Origin: Botryllus schlosseri
Lineage: Eukaryota
Direction: 5' to 3'
DNA length: 64,000 nucleotides
Assembly: GCA_051294905.1 (NCBI GenBank)
Contig: CM119371.1
Coordinates: 10,232,001 to 10,296,000 of the forward strand
Part shown: positions 37,712-51,178 of the stretch, one piece after another
Layout: each line of letters starts with the position of its first letter
Position numbering within the stretch: position 1 is the stretch's first letter
Translations under genes and position numbers: made by a program
The notes under the pieces: generated by a model
What the model saw: only the letters and a program-made list of their open reading frames with translations
Told to the model about the DNA's origin: nothing
Databases searched by the model: none

Positions 37712-39954
37712 GATACGGGTCTTTATAAAGTCAAAACAGTGATGTATATCCTGAAGGTGTAGCAGGTCAGAAGCTCAAATTCTTGAAATTTTTATGATAA
37801 CAAGTATTGGCTGTTGATAATTTCTCATTATTATCAATCCAATAAAGAGGCGGACAACTTCTTCAGTCGGCAGGCAGGATATTGAAAAATGCAGTCCTAC
37901 TTGGCAGGGCCGGATTCCTGAATCGAAACAATAATCGCGTATTTATCCACTTATAGAAAGGGACCACAATATTATATAAAGCCGCAAACTATCTGTGGCC
38001 CGCTTTATGTTGCTCGCCCCTGATTGAATATAATAGATTTTTCGATAATAGTGCAAATTACCTGCCTTGAAGTTATTTAGTGAAATTTATCCGACAAATG
38101 TAATCCCTCCATTTCGATAAGAAGGTTCATAATGACAATAACAAAGTCGCTGCCAATATCTTATCTGATATCGAATTTCCTTGTACCTAATACTGAACTG
38201 CACCTAATAATATCATCCGCGGTCACAGTCCGCCGCAATCCTCCACTGCTTACAGCCTACAACTCCACAGCCTACGATTAATTCTATAGAGGTGGATGAA
38301 TACGCGTTTAATGTATCGATTCGGAATCCGGCCGGCCACGTCATTAACTTTCATACATCCAGCCCGCCGGCTGGAGAAGTTGTCAGCCCCCTTTTTTGAC
38401 GGATAAAAATGAGAAATTATCAACAGCCAATATTTGTCATCAAAAATATCAAGAATTTGGGTTTCTGAGCTCCTGCAATACACTTCAGGAAATAAATCAC
38501 TGTTTCGACTTTATATAGACCCGTCACATCCACCACAAGAATAATGACACCACAGTCGTTAGGACAATTTATTAAACACAATTTTGATAAAGAAGATGGG
38601 AATAATGTGCAGAATTGGAAACTTATAAAAGGGACATATAATCTTATAATATTAGAATTAGTCTTTATTGTTAGATTTGATTTCCAAATTCTATTCGATG
38701 ATGTGATGACTAGGGCAATTTTTTCGTACCTGAAAAACGGATGATCTGGTACCTAAATAAACTAATTTCGACATTTTTCGACCTAAAAATATTTAATTTT
38801 TATCAAATTTTGACCTCGCATATGCAAATTAGGTGTTTTCGCACATAATGTTGAAATTATACTACTCATCTTCATTTATCGCTGGGACTGTCTGTCCTTG
38901 CTGAGAAGTTTGGGCTAAAAAACGTTTTTGACATAAAAACTGACAAATTTGTACCTGAAAAAACTTTATTTTACCGAAATATTGCCCTATGAAGAATTCC
39001 AGTAATCACACCACATATTATGGTAGAAATATTTAAAATTTGTTGTAGTACAACGGAAGATACGTTCCTACATTTTCGGGTAGAAAGTGTCTCTCCTTAT
39101 CTAGTAGCTTGCCAAGAATGGAGAAAGAACGTTCAACAACAGCAGTTGTTGGCTGACAATACTGAAGCTGTGCGTACGCACTGCTGGTGACCAACCGTGT
39201 TGATTCATTCTGACAATGCTTTCTACATCACCGTTTTTCATCATGCACCTCCTGGTATAAGAACCATGCAATGCCCAAGCATTCTTGCTTCAGTTAGGAT
39301 ATTGCGGTACGTTGACCATAACACCATGTCAGCCAATTTGTTTCATTAAAACGTTTGTGATTCACAACGAGCAGACAACGGGCCGTCTACAATGGTAGGC
39401 CAATAAAATAGGCTACAAGCGGTAAAACATCAATTAATAACGTCACCGACAATGCAAGTTTTACGATACAAACGAAAAGAAGGGGTGAAAACAAAATTTA
39501 CAACTTTTGACCTAATACTTCAATTTTGACAAAATTTTGACTTATTTTTACATGTCAAAAAAATCACCCTTGGGATGACCATATTATGAAGTAAACGTTT
39601 AAAGAATCACCACGTTTCAAGGCGAAATCTTCACTGATAGTTAATTTGAATTCAGAACCACCTCACAGATTCCGCAGAATGTATCTTTATCGCAAATCAT
39701 CACGGCTGCTCGATAATAGATATGATTACATCCAGTTTTCATGGTCTCAATTATGCCTTTGATGAATATGGGTTCAAAATATACTTTTTTTCATATTTCA
39801 ATGGCTACTTGATAAAATTGTTAGGCTGGTTAAAATAAATGCTGCACACCAACTTTGGCTCAATTCCAGCAAGTAGAAGCCAGATTCCCGCAGTAGAAAG
39901 TTTTGGATTTATCATTAAAAAATCTTCGGATCAATATCTTCGGGAGCCGAATGC

Positions 39955-40259
39955 CGAAAGCGAAAATAATCCCAAAATCTGCGATCGATATTTTCGGAGT
40001 CATTGAGGATATTGATAATTGCATAAGCACACTAGCCAGTCTACCGAGGAGATTGGCGATTACTTGCAGGTCGTTCATGGCCGAAATATCTCGACGTGAT
40101 ATCGTTGACGAACGCCAACGGTCCAAAACCAAACACATCCAATACAGTCATGAACACACCAGCGATGAAATGCCCCATCATTTCCACACGACGAGGTACC
40201 TTTTCCTCTCCAACAATAACGTCTTGTCGGTTTCTGAATCACGACCAATTCGACTTCAT
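39955..40259 (-). pseudogene. SLC49-like MFS pseudogene 5' fragment
   Basis: DSETDKTLLLERKRYLVVWK*WGISSLVC / MTVLDVFGFGPLAFVNDITSRYF / NDLQVIANLLGRLASV. Same stop codon and same internal deletion as 6400-7158. Confidence 0.65.
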
Positions 40260-41427
40260 AGCACAAACTCATAGCACACACTCGACGCGATGTCTGTCAC
40301 TCGGATCAGTTTCGAAGAATTTTTCGCAATGGCAAATCAATGCAGGAAACGAAATCTCGTACAAAGCTACACGAACGATGACTTGAGCAATGGGCCAGAG
40401 TAGGATAATTCGGGCCGATACCGAAGGAAACGGAGAGAGAGTATAGACACAATGGATATTGGATATCGATTGCTGTGAAATTGACGGACGAAGACAGTTC
40501 AACATAGGAAGACTGTAACATCGGGCACTAGACCGAGGTGGATGCTAGATTAAGAGACCACAATTTGGTCGTTTCGGCACCCTCCTATCTGTTCATTGCA
40601 TCGCATTGTATATTGTGTGTATGTGTCTTGGGCAGATGAAAATATGATCGGGCTATAATCGATTATTATTATTGATAATGCGACTAATATTAATAAGTGA
40701 ATGCGTGAGAAGCATAAAACTCACCGCTAACCGCTACGATTGATTGATCAACCTGAAATCATGATGGCCATTAATATGGCCATATTCTTGAACAGCTATA
40801 CCTAAGAATCAGTCTGATGAATGTCGGATCATAGCTAGTTGTTTTCATTCATTTTCAACTTGGCATAGGCTCATGAGCATTATCTCTGTTAATGCAATGA
40901 CTGAACCAGTCGTTTTCAACCGCGTGGCAGCGACTGCCCAGAGGTTCCGCGAGAAAATGAGGTAAAGGTGGTTGTCGTCAACATAAAATTTGAAAACTGA
41001 TCTTTTCCGATGAAAATCGTAACTATAAACAACTGTGGTATTGTAGGACACAGCTCCAAACTAAAATTTTCAAGTACAACATCATAGAAACACCTAAAAC
41101 CGAAACACTGAAGTAATGCGTGCCAGGAATTTGGTAAAGGGTTAGGAGGTGATGCATCATCACATAGATCAGGGGTCTGGAACCTAACCTATGGCTCGTT
41201 AACCATATATGGCTCTTTTGATGGTAACATACGGCTATTTGATAAGTTTCCACTTCTGTACATTATTCCCTTCATATTTATGAAAATTGTTTTTTATAGA
41301 TTTTCATAGCGGCTGACAAAATATTGAAATTTAGGAGGACAAATATTGGCTGTTGATGATTTTTCATTATATTATCAGTTCAATACAGGGTTGGGCATCT
41401 TCTCTGGGCAGCGGGTCGGATAAGGGA

Positions 41428-41832
41428 TAGTGCGGAGCGGATCGACAAATTCTCTGGCCCGGCTCCGATCCGGCTCGGGCCGCATCAGGAAAGGTACTGA
41501 TCCGTCTCCAATCCGGTTCCGGCCAAAAATGAAAAAGTCCGGCCAGAAATCCGGCCCTACTCGGTACGGAGGTTTCGTGAATTGATGAATATGCCTCGTT
41601 TATGTTCACACTGGCTTGGTGGTTACTTACGTCTGGTTGGTTGGTAGTTATATAGTTATTAAAGTTATGCTTATCCATAAAGATTCTGGCCGGATCAAAA
41701 AAGTAGTGATCCGGCTCCGATCCGGCTCCGGCCGTAACAGAAAAAGTACTGATCCGGCTCCGATCCAGTCCGGTCAAAATTGTAAAAATCCGGCCAAATA
41801 TCCAATCCGGCTCCGGTCCATGATCCGCACTA
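41428..41832. mobile_element. hAT MITE with ATCCGG repeats (TAGTGCGGA termini)
   Basis: Perfect TSD ATAAGGGA (41420-41427, 41833-41840); absent from unit A. Confidence 0.88.
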
Positions 41833-41863
41833 ATAAGGGAGAATGAAGTAGGCTACTTGGCGG

Positions 41864-42884
41864 TAGGGATGGTGTGAACCCGAGGTTCACGTTCGCGTTC
41901 TGTGTGTGAACCGCTGGAATTTTGAGTTTCGCGTTCACAAACGAACATTGGTAGGTTCTGCACTGTGAACCTCTTACATGAGATACAATTTTCACGTCAT
42001 TAATGTAAATAACTGGATGGTTGAGTAAGCACAATTCACTGACTTCCTACATGCACTGTGCTTCGTTCTTGCTATTGCTCATCCGCTCAAGATTGATGAG
42101 CAACAATCAAATGCCACAAATTCTGCAATTGGTAAACACTTGTTGGATAATCCCGTCTGTGCGAAAAATTACCGAGTCGACAGATTTCGCATACTCGGAA
42201 AGTGTCGTTCACACTTTAATTTGTGTGTCTTGGAGTCGACTTTTATCAAAATACACCAGCCAAGGCTGTGTCAACAAAACGAGTTCGTGTGTCGTCTAAA
42301 AATAGTACATTGAACGCTCTCGTATTAGACATTTTATGCTGGTGACGTCATATTTTGTGCTACGATTGTTGATATACGATGTTCTTTTGAATTCTTTACT
42401 AGTTACTGACGATTACCCCTGACGAGTGTCAGCCGAAAATATTCGGGTTCATTTCAATATGAATATACTATTCTATGGTGTGTTGGCGGGCAAAGCTCAC
42501 ATCGGAGAGTTACTAACTAAATATTCTCAACAGCGAGCTGAATATTATGAGCAAACTTTCGAGCAAATGGTTTTTGAAATCAGCAAGGTGCATTCACGTG
42601 TAGTGCTGAATCTCTGAATTTCTTGCTGCCAGCGTCATGCAGAGAGTGATCCGAAGTTGAATGCAAAGAATGTCAACCAAAGACGTTATATAATGTATTG
42701 ATATAAAGAATGCATCGATGTTTAGTGTAAAAAAATCTATCAGGCGTACGGGATCTATCTTGTGGAAATGCATGTAAGAAATTAGCAACATGACGCCATG
42801 TGACATCATAAGTTCACGTTCGCGTTCAGACAGAACCTTCGAAAAATGTTCGCGTCTCACGAACCAGAATATTGACCATCCCTA
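41864..42884. mobile_element. TAGGGATGG-family hAT MITE with an internal inversion
   Basis: TSD CTTGGCGG/CTTGGTGG; same insertion site as 8408-10503. Confidence 0.88.
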
Positions 42885-43203
42885 CTTGGTGGTCCAGATT
42901 TCTGAATCAAAACATTACTTGCATATTTAGTAACTTATAGAATGAATTTATCTTATTCAATTTAAACTTAAGCGTTAAAGCATGGAGACCGAGAACAGTG
43001 TTTAATGAATATATTAACGTAATATAGGCCCACTTTAATAGCTGTTGAAGTGAATGAGACATATGTGGTCCATCAAAAGTAGTCAACAAGTTGTTTGGAC
43101 TCTGGCTGCAGGACGGACGTAGAAACTCTTTGTAATTGATGCGCGTGAACGTCGATTAAATTTGAACGCCGCTTTGTCTTTAAACAATGTTGATGGTCTA
43201 AAA

Positions 43204-44510
43204 CAGTGGTTCTCAACCGCCGGTCCGCGGACCGGTGCCGGTCCGCGAGGAATATTACAATTTTATACTTTAATTTCAAGATGCAATGTTGAAGGCTTGT
43301 CCTTTGATAAAATAGATAAAACATCTCATTTTAAACTGATTCAAAACTTCGTGAGGTAACATTAGGGCTAGAAACATGTTCGATTTAACTTAAAGTACTA
43401 GACGTTTCATTTGATGACATGCGAGCGACAAATACAGAACAGATACATACGAGCTCACTCATCGCTAAGCAGCGCAGTTTGATCATTGGTTTTCGAGTCA
43501 TTTATTTTGTGCAGGACCGTAACTGCGGCACCCCAAACCGCCCAATTGGAGAGGGGCAGAGCTTGAAAAGGGTCCAAAATTATTTCGCAAATGAATATAA
43601 ATCATAGCGTTTTATTTGAAACTTTTTCCAACATTTTTCAATTTCTTTTCGGGCTTTGCACGATTTAGTGTCCCTAAATGTCTTGCTTATTAGGTGCCCT
43701 TCTCCGAGAAATACGCATCATTTATAGGCATTTCGGCGTCAGCCATTGCGGCACCACGACGTATCCACACATAATGAAGTTTAGGTTAAGATATGGGACT
43801 CCGAAATTTGGGCCTAAAATTCGACCGCGAGAAAAGCGCTTCAGTCGTGAATGATCGAAAATTGTCGTCATTGTCGCGATAAGCTACGTAAACTCTCTGC
43901 TTACGATGAGTAGAGTCTTGGGGCGAAGCCCCCTGATCTTTGGCTTATCGCCCTGTGGGTGGGGGCCCCAAGATCAACGTTTTTGGGGGTGGGCTGACGA
44001 AGTGCTTTTTCGGCCCGGATTTGCGGATGGCCGGTATAGCTGCTGTAATGTGCTTTCTTGCGGAAAGCACTAATTCGCAGTTGCCGGAGTAGCCTGCGTC
44101 TGGTGGCAATGGGCAATGAGCAAGGTAGCACGAGAAGGTGCTTGGTTCGATTCCGATACGTTTCTTCTCTTGATAATGTCGGTCGGTATTGAGTTGGCGT
44201 GGCCGTTTAAACCCACGGCCTTTGACGCGAAAGACTGTAAACGACTCTCAGCGGTAGTACGTTTATCTGGACAAGGCAATTTTACTTGGCCTTGGCAGAC
44301 TCACTACCATAAAATCACATGGATGCCATCATGAATAATATTAAATACGATCAAAACCCTCCAAATGTCACTCTCTAGCATCATATAATTGCCAAAAACG
44401 ATTGCATACTTCACATTTTGGCTTCATTTCAATTTTGACAGTTCACCGGTCTGCCAGACATTTTTTGAAATTTTACCGGTCCGCGAGGCGAAAAAGGTTG
44501 AGAACCACTG
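43204..44510. mobile_element. hAT (Charlie-like) MITE, CAGTGGTTCTCAACC termini
   Basis: Perfect 15-bp TIR and perfect TSD GTCTAAAA; empty site in unit A at about 10815. Confidence 0.92.
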
Positions 44511-45807
44511 GTCTAAAATGTATGCTCGAAAATGTATGCTCGCAAATGTACATAGACCCGTGGGCCACTATATCATGTACGACCGGAAACTATCTGCGGG
44601 CCGTATGTTGTCCGCCCCTGCGGTCTAATATAATAGATTTTCCGATAATAGCGCCAATTGCCTACTTTCAAGTTATTTAGTGGATTATACTAGACAAACC
44701 TACACCCACAAGGTCGATAACAAGCTATATCATGGCAATTCATAGTCGCTGTCAATATCATATTTAAAATCATATTTCCTCGTACCCAATATTGCATGCC
44801 TTGGCTTCTTGGACTTTACAATACGTTGATCAATCAGTGAAAAGCAGACATGGAGTCCCCTGAATGATTTGCTAAGCTAAATTGTTCAATCATCAACCGC
44901 CGTTCTCCATTTCGTTGCAAGTTTTAAATTAGGAGAGGTGGTTGATTTGTTCGGCCGTTATGACACACACACACATAGAGGTCGATGTTTTTTGCGTGTG
45001 AGGAAAGATTCTGCTTACATGCATTTGACGACAAATTCACGGAGTGTAATAATAGGATTATCATGGATAATTTTTCAAATATTTTCAGTCCCAGTGTCTC
45101 ATCAGTACCACATCTCCACTACCATAAAATCGTTCTTACATTCCATGATGAATCTTGTTTGCTGGTCAGTGTAATTAATTCGCGATAATCCATAACATTT
45201 GGGGATTGGCCGGCATCCCTTGCAACCCCCCTCTAATACATGAATGTACTGAGATGACGAAAAAGCGCACCACATGGCCATGGCGCGCATAAGGTTAGCC
45301 GTTTCACCAAGGTTGTTGTGTACCATACTTGAATACAGCAACAGGAAACCATTAAGAAATGAAATTTCGCTGAGTGAATCATACAGTAAAATGAATGCCA
45401 ATTCTAGGTAATCATAAACAAATTTTGTTAATCAAGCAACGTATTTGCATGTAATTCTATTAATTGTGGCGGCATGAAGTCAAAGGATATCTGACAGTAG
45501 GCAGGAGAGCAAGTGCAAATGCTACATCTGACTACATTACATGAAATTTATCTTCTAGTCAGCAATAGTTAGAAAAGTTAAGATTGTGATTTTCGATTCT
45601 CCGACAGTGTTAATTAATTATTAAGGTATATATATGTTATCATGACCTTTCTTATACTAATGAGTTCTCGATTTTGAACTTTGCGGCATTGCTATCGTAT
45701 TGTAGAAACACATCAGGTCAGAAGTCGATATAGTAAATATTGCATGTTTCGACGCCGGTGGCGTTGGTACACTTGCGTAGAACTAGAGTGAAACCAATGG
45801 TACATAG

Positions 45808-46797
45808 TGGGGATGGTGTGAACCCCTAAAAGTTCTGGTTTGTGTGAACGCGAACCTTTTTGTAAGATTCTATGAAACGCGAACGCGAACACGAGCCTAA
45901 GGCTTGACGTCATAGTGGTAATTCCAATTCTACATTACCGTAAAGTAATTGTTATAATGCATAAGATACCTAGCGAAGGCTCAGATCACATTATGCCACA
46001 ATGCTGAAGTAGGCCTACAATCTACATGCCGACTTTTTAAGCATCACCAAATGTATACCAACGGGACTGCTCAAATGCTATAATAATTCAATAAAATCAA
46101 AATCTTCCGTCGCTTTGCCAACAATTTCAATGAGGACTTGTAAGTTTTCATATAAACTTACGTCATAATGGTTTAGACTAGATCGGTCGGTATATGTATT
46201 CGTGAAGCGTCAGAATATTGCTATTGCTTGCTATTGCTATTTATCATAGTGAAAAGTGGTTTCTATACAGGCCTTCTTGCTACAGATACTCCCTCATAAA
46301 CAGGTTATACATTAACGAACGACCCAATCGGACGGTTATGATATAATAAACATATCAAGATGGATCCCGCACGCCTGCAAATTTTTTACATTAGACAACA
46401 ACCCATTCTTTGGTAGAAAAAGCACTATTCGCTGACAACCTGCGTGTAGTCTATTTCATTCTTAATGCTGTGTGATTTCGCGCCAAGCAAATAGCTGATT
46501 ATTTCGAGCAAACTTTTTAACAAAACTAATAACTTTTTTTAAATCGCCAAGATGCATGTTCATTGTTCGTATAGTGCTGTGAATTTCTTTTCATGCTGCA
46601 AGCGCCATACACAGATTGGTCCGAAGTTAAAATGCAAACAATTTTAACCAAAGATGTTATATTGACGTGAAGAATAGTAATATATGAAAAAATCACATTG
46701 CAGAACTTGCCAAGGCTCCTATGTAAACGCGAACCTACAAATTTATCAGGTTTGCACACAGAACGCGAACTTGAACCTTACACTCACACCATCCCTA
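45808..46797. mobile_element. TAGGGATGG-family hAT MITE upstream of methyltransferase copy B
   Basis: TSD GTACATAG/GTACATAA; paralog of 12124-13127. Confidence 0.85.
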
Positions 46798-46971
46798 GTA
46801 CATAAGCTAACTTCCCACATCGCCGATACTGTTATGACGTATGCGTGAATAATCCTCGTTTGTACTCGATTCTACTCAAATCTCTCCAGCTCCCGGTTTT
46901 GCCCGGCGCCAACTATTACCATAGTCGTAATATTCTCTATATTCAAAGTTTAATATAATCCTATCATAGCA

Positions 46972-47829
46972 ATGTCCGCTCCATCGAAAGTTATACATGA
47001 AGATGCATTCAACAGGGAGGAAACGGTGCAGAATTACATTCTAAGTAGACCACGGGCCTTGATGGATATTCCGGTTCGGATTGTAATTGAGCGACTTAAG
47101 CCATTAGGGAAAGTAGGTCAACGGCCCGCATGCCTACTTGATGTGGGGTGTGGCAGTGGCAAATTAACCAGATTGTTGGCGAAAAACTTTGACCATACGA
47201 TCGGAGTAGACGCAAGTGCTCCTATGATATCGTACGCCATTGCTTTCGATAGCGACAATTTAGACATTGAGTTTAAAGTGGCAAATGCGGAAAAACTGCC
47301 TATTGAAGATAATTCTGTGGACGTTATTACAGCCATGTTTGTTGTACACCAAGCCGACCTCGAGAAGTTCATTCCCGAATGCAAACGAGTGCTAAAACCA
47401 GGTGGTGTCGCACTATTTTACCGGCACCAGATATCAAAAATACTGTCGGCTGAAGATGACGCTCTACCCATAATAGAGGGACCGGTAAAAATGATGATTC
47501 GACAGCTATTGGAAAAGGCGAGAGAAATGTCGCACCCGACCTTTCACACACATGAGCTCCATCGAACGCAATTTGACGCGATCAGCTGGGAAAAGAAAAG
47601 CAGAGAGATAAATGAGCTGGAATTTGCGCCTGGTTCCCTGTGGACTCTTGGCTCATGGTCTCGCTTCTATCATACCCTTCCGTTCCATCAAAAATTGCGT
47701 GAAAACGGCTTAAATCCACTGGCTGAACTCGTGGAAGCGGTGAAAAATACCTGGTCGATGCAGGATAGGGATTCCAACGACATCAAAATTAGAGTGGTGT
47801 ACAAGACGGTAATGATTCTTTTGGAATAG
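46972..47829 (+). CDS. Class I SAM-dependent methyltransferase (Methyltransf_11-like), 285 aa, paralog of 13304-14161
   Basis: Intact ORF with LLDVGCGSG, IGVDASAPMI, ANAEKLPIEDNSVDVIT, AMFVVHQ and RVLKPGG; about 53 aa differences from copy A by manual count. Confidence 0.93.
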   Translation: MSAPSKVIHEDAFNREETVQNYILSRPRALMDIPVRIVIERLKPLGKVGQRPACLLDVGCGSGKLTRLLAKNFDHTIGVDASAPMISYAIAFDSDNLDIEFKVANAEKLPIEDNSVDVITAMFVVHQADLEKFIPECKRVLKPGGVALFYRHQISKILSAEDDALPIIEGPVKMMIRQLLEKAREMSHPTFHTHELHRTQFDAISWEKKSREINELEFAPGSLWTLGSWSRFYHTLPFHQKLRENGLNPLAELVEAVKNTWSMQDRDSNDIKIRVVYKTVMILLE

Positions 47830-50339
47830 CAACATGTTAAAACATTCAATGAAAAATGGATAATGTCTTGCTCATCTCATAGTGTAAAATCATGAAAATG
47901 TTGTTTATAAAGTTACGTGGAAGTGTAATGCGTGAAAAGAGATGAATACCACATCACGAAACATCATGTGTCATCATTTAAACCGGTGGTAGGCAACGTA
48001 TAGTCCTCTGGCCTTGTCCGGTTCACAAGGACTTCGTTACTGGCGAAGTATAAATGCTCGAATACTTGCTTTAAATATCACGAGAAGATTCGGAATTGCA
48101 GTGGTCGAGATTGCCTAAAATAATTCAGATTATCTTAAAATTACAAATTTAAACGGGTGTCGTTATTCGAAACATGTTACTTTTGAAATTTCTATATGAC
48201 TCCCTAATGATTGCAATGAAAAATAAAGGGTGTATGTAAGTCGTATGCCTCAACTATGCATTTGCATATTGCATTTGATGATAAAGTACAATTTGCGCGA
48301 CAATATTGCGAATCGTAACCGTCAGAATTGTCGAATCAACAAAAGTCACAGTTAATTTAAATTTCATATGGTTATTTTTCGGTCTTGGTTTAATATTCTG
48401 AATAGTTTTCTTGTCTCATCAGCAGCCCTATACGTTAAAGAGTAAAATCGGGACTATTAACATGGATCGCGTATTCTGATTTTGATAGAGTAAATTCAAG
48501 GCAGCTTCGTGTTGAATAGACAGGAATTACAATAATGAAGAGTCCTATCCCCAGTTCCTAATTAACTCGTCACAACTTTTGTTCCCATTCCCATTTCTAT
48601 GACCGCATCGTGGAACCGCACCGAAAAGCGGTTGCGATGGTGTTATTGAATTATTATATAGTCGTGTACATGTGTTGAACTCCCATAATTTTTGATAGCT
48701 TTGCGGGTAGCTGGAAATGGAAATCGTTTTCACCGTAAGAGCTGTTCTGGTTTGGATGGATCCTAGAGTCGGTTACCAGCAAGCAATGCCGTAGCAAATA
48801 TTTTGTTTCATATTCTTTCTTTACGTTCATCGTCATACCATAATGGTAAGTAACGTGTCCAGTGGGTTTGATGTTGAGTTTGATTGGATTGCCTTCGTCA
48901 AACGAAATCCATGGTTATCCATTCCTCGTTCTCTCAATCAGGTTTCGCATAAGTCAAGTTAAATCGGCGACAAGAATGGCAACACCAAATACTGTTGTAT
49001 GTGCGAGAACTGAAATAAAAATTATGTTTAAATGAAATAACACAAAGAAACACTTTCAACTTATTCACGTTGGCAGTATGGATTTCCATATATAGTAAAT
49101 TCCTTCAAGAGTTCGACATTAATAGCATTTGTTTCAGTAGGCTACGTTTCGCAACACATATACGATCGTCAGGCCCCGACCTCTCGACCGGCAAATAAAA
49201 ACAATCCGGTGAGAGTTTGAACATAAAACGCAATCTTTTCCTGGTGTGCCTACTGACTTCGTTGATGTTGGCAATATAGGTCGTCGCATTGTAGGCATTT
49301 GTGTTCGAGCAGAAAACAGGATGTCGCTATTTCACTCCTCATTTGTACAGCCGGTTTACCGTCATGACGTTCAGTAGGGCGGTTATTATTTTACCTAAAA
49401 ACTCAACAATTTTTCTCCAAAAAGTAAATATTATGTCATTTTTGACATTAAAAAACTTGATTTTGACAAATATTTGCCATGATGTATGTAAATTAGGCGT
49501 TTTGCACACAGTGTTAAAATCGTACAACTTTTCGTCGTTTCTGGTGTGAACTGCATGTCCTTACGAAGTAGCTTGACCAGAAAAAACTACCGTTTCGTTT
49601 GAATGTTTTAACGAGACTTGAGTAAAGATGAGTAATTTCATATATTGCAAAATGCTTGATCAATTCAAATGCCGAGTAAACAAAATATTAGGAATTAAGA
49701 GAGCACAACATAGCTGAAAGCTCATGTTCAAGCCGAAGTTCTGAGGGTACTGCAAAGCGAGCGAATGAAGTCGTCGTGATTGAGATAGCACATTAAATAA
49801 ACATTTTCTAACGTATTTTGAAACATCCACCGAGTAAAATTTTATGAATTTAGTTCGTATTTTGGTATTTTATCGCATCAAAACACCATCAAATTGCGCT
49901 AAGATGAAGTCATTGAGACATCACCATATTTTCGAAAGGCACAATGACATTCTGATGTTATTGAGTTACTGTGAAATTACTTTCTTCTTCAGGTATTGTA
50001 CGTAGACACACATTTATAAAGTTGCGGAAAATGTGTTGTAATTGGCAGCGTGACGTCATAGATTCATGGTAAAATTTCGACTCATACGAACCCTCTACCC
50101 AAGATCGTGTTCACCAGAATCAGGAGAACCAGGACCTTATCTGAGGTTCGCACCATGATCAAGTTCTGACAGCCCTGCATAATAGCGGACGATTGAAGTC
50201 TGTATTGGGATAGCACGTTAAAATAACCTTTTCCAACATTTTTTACAGCCACCGTCAAGTAAAATATCATGGTTCTAGTTCGTGTTGTGGTACTAATTGA
50301 ACATAAATGCGATATCTTTCAGCTCTCTTTTCATGCTTT

Positions 50340-50478
50340 AAGTCGGTGATGTCTGCACTAAGGCATTTTTTCATTTAGTGCTGGTTCATCAAGTAGCCTA
50401 GTTCGCCATGATAGCAACCAGGCGGCCTGTCAGAAACAAAGCATACTACTAAAACACAGCAAAATAAGGGCATTAAGA
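50340..50478 (-). pseudogene. Short SLC49-like MFS relic (…LFCCVLVVCFVSDRPP…)
   Basis: Similar to 54570-54700 and 3600-3660. Confidence 0.55.
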
Positions 50479-51178
50479 GATGCGACAAGAGAGGGTAGGG
50501 TATAGACAGGTTTGTTTGTGTGTGTGGGTTATTCATGATGTTTGTCGACTACAATGGCCAATTTCAAATGACTGACAATTAGCAAAATAAATTTTGCAAT
50601 ACCTAATAGATTACTCTGGGTAGGATAATGTTCATACCATTTCTTGTAAGGTATAAGTTTACCTGATATTAACCATTATTATCCAATAGCTTATACCACG
50701 GGTCTCCCGATTTCATAGTTCGGAAGACCCCACGAGCCACAGATATGCTACAACAGGGATGGTCTGCCAAAACGAACACCACAATTGCCGAGTAAAAGGT
50801 GGCTGGTTTAGCTAAACTCGCAGCCTTACTGTCCTCCGTCATCGTAAATATATACACTTAGCGATGTATAGCAAATCGGACGAAGTGCGGACGATGATTC
50901 ACATTCATGGAATTCGACTAAACTGATGGTATTAGAAGAAAGTAATCAGTTTTTAAGTATTAGACACAATGCAGGATAACCAATTGGGCATCTTATCGCA
51001 AAGGCTGTGGGGTGTATAATTTTAGAGCTAGCTACACTCGATCGGGATTAATAGGAGTGAGAGCGACTGAAGAATGACCTCTAGAGAGATTGAAAGATGT
51101 CCACGAGAACGCAAAAAGCAAAGACCCAGGGACAATATAAAATTCGTGTCGTGTAGAGCACAAGGCCTAAAAAGACTC

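Larger units (their letters stand above)
39955..49555 (+). repeat. Segmental duplication, unit B
   Basis: Colinear with 6590-15775 apart from private MITEs and one inversion. Confidence 0.9.

Noticed and set aside
38710..39575. Possible TIR element related to fragments at about 3945, 15600 and 49375
   Set aside because: A repeat is clearly present, but I could not define consistent termini or a TSD.
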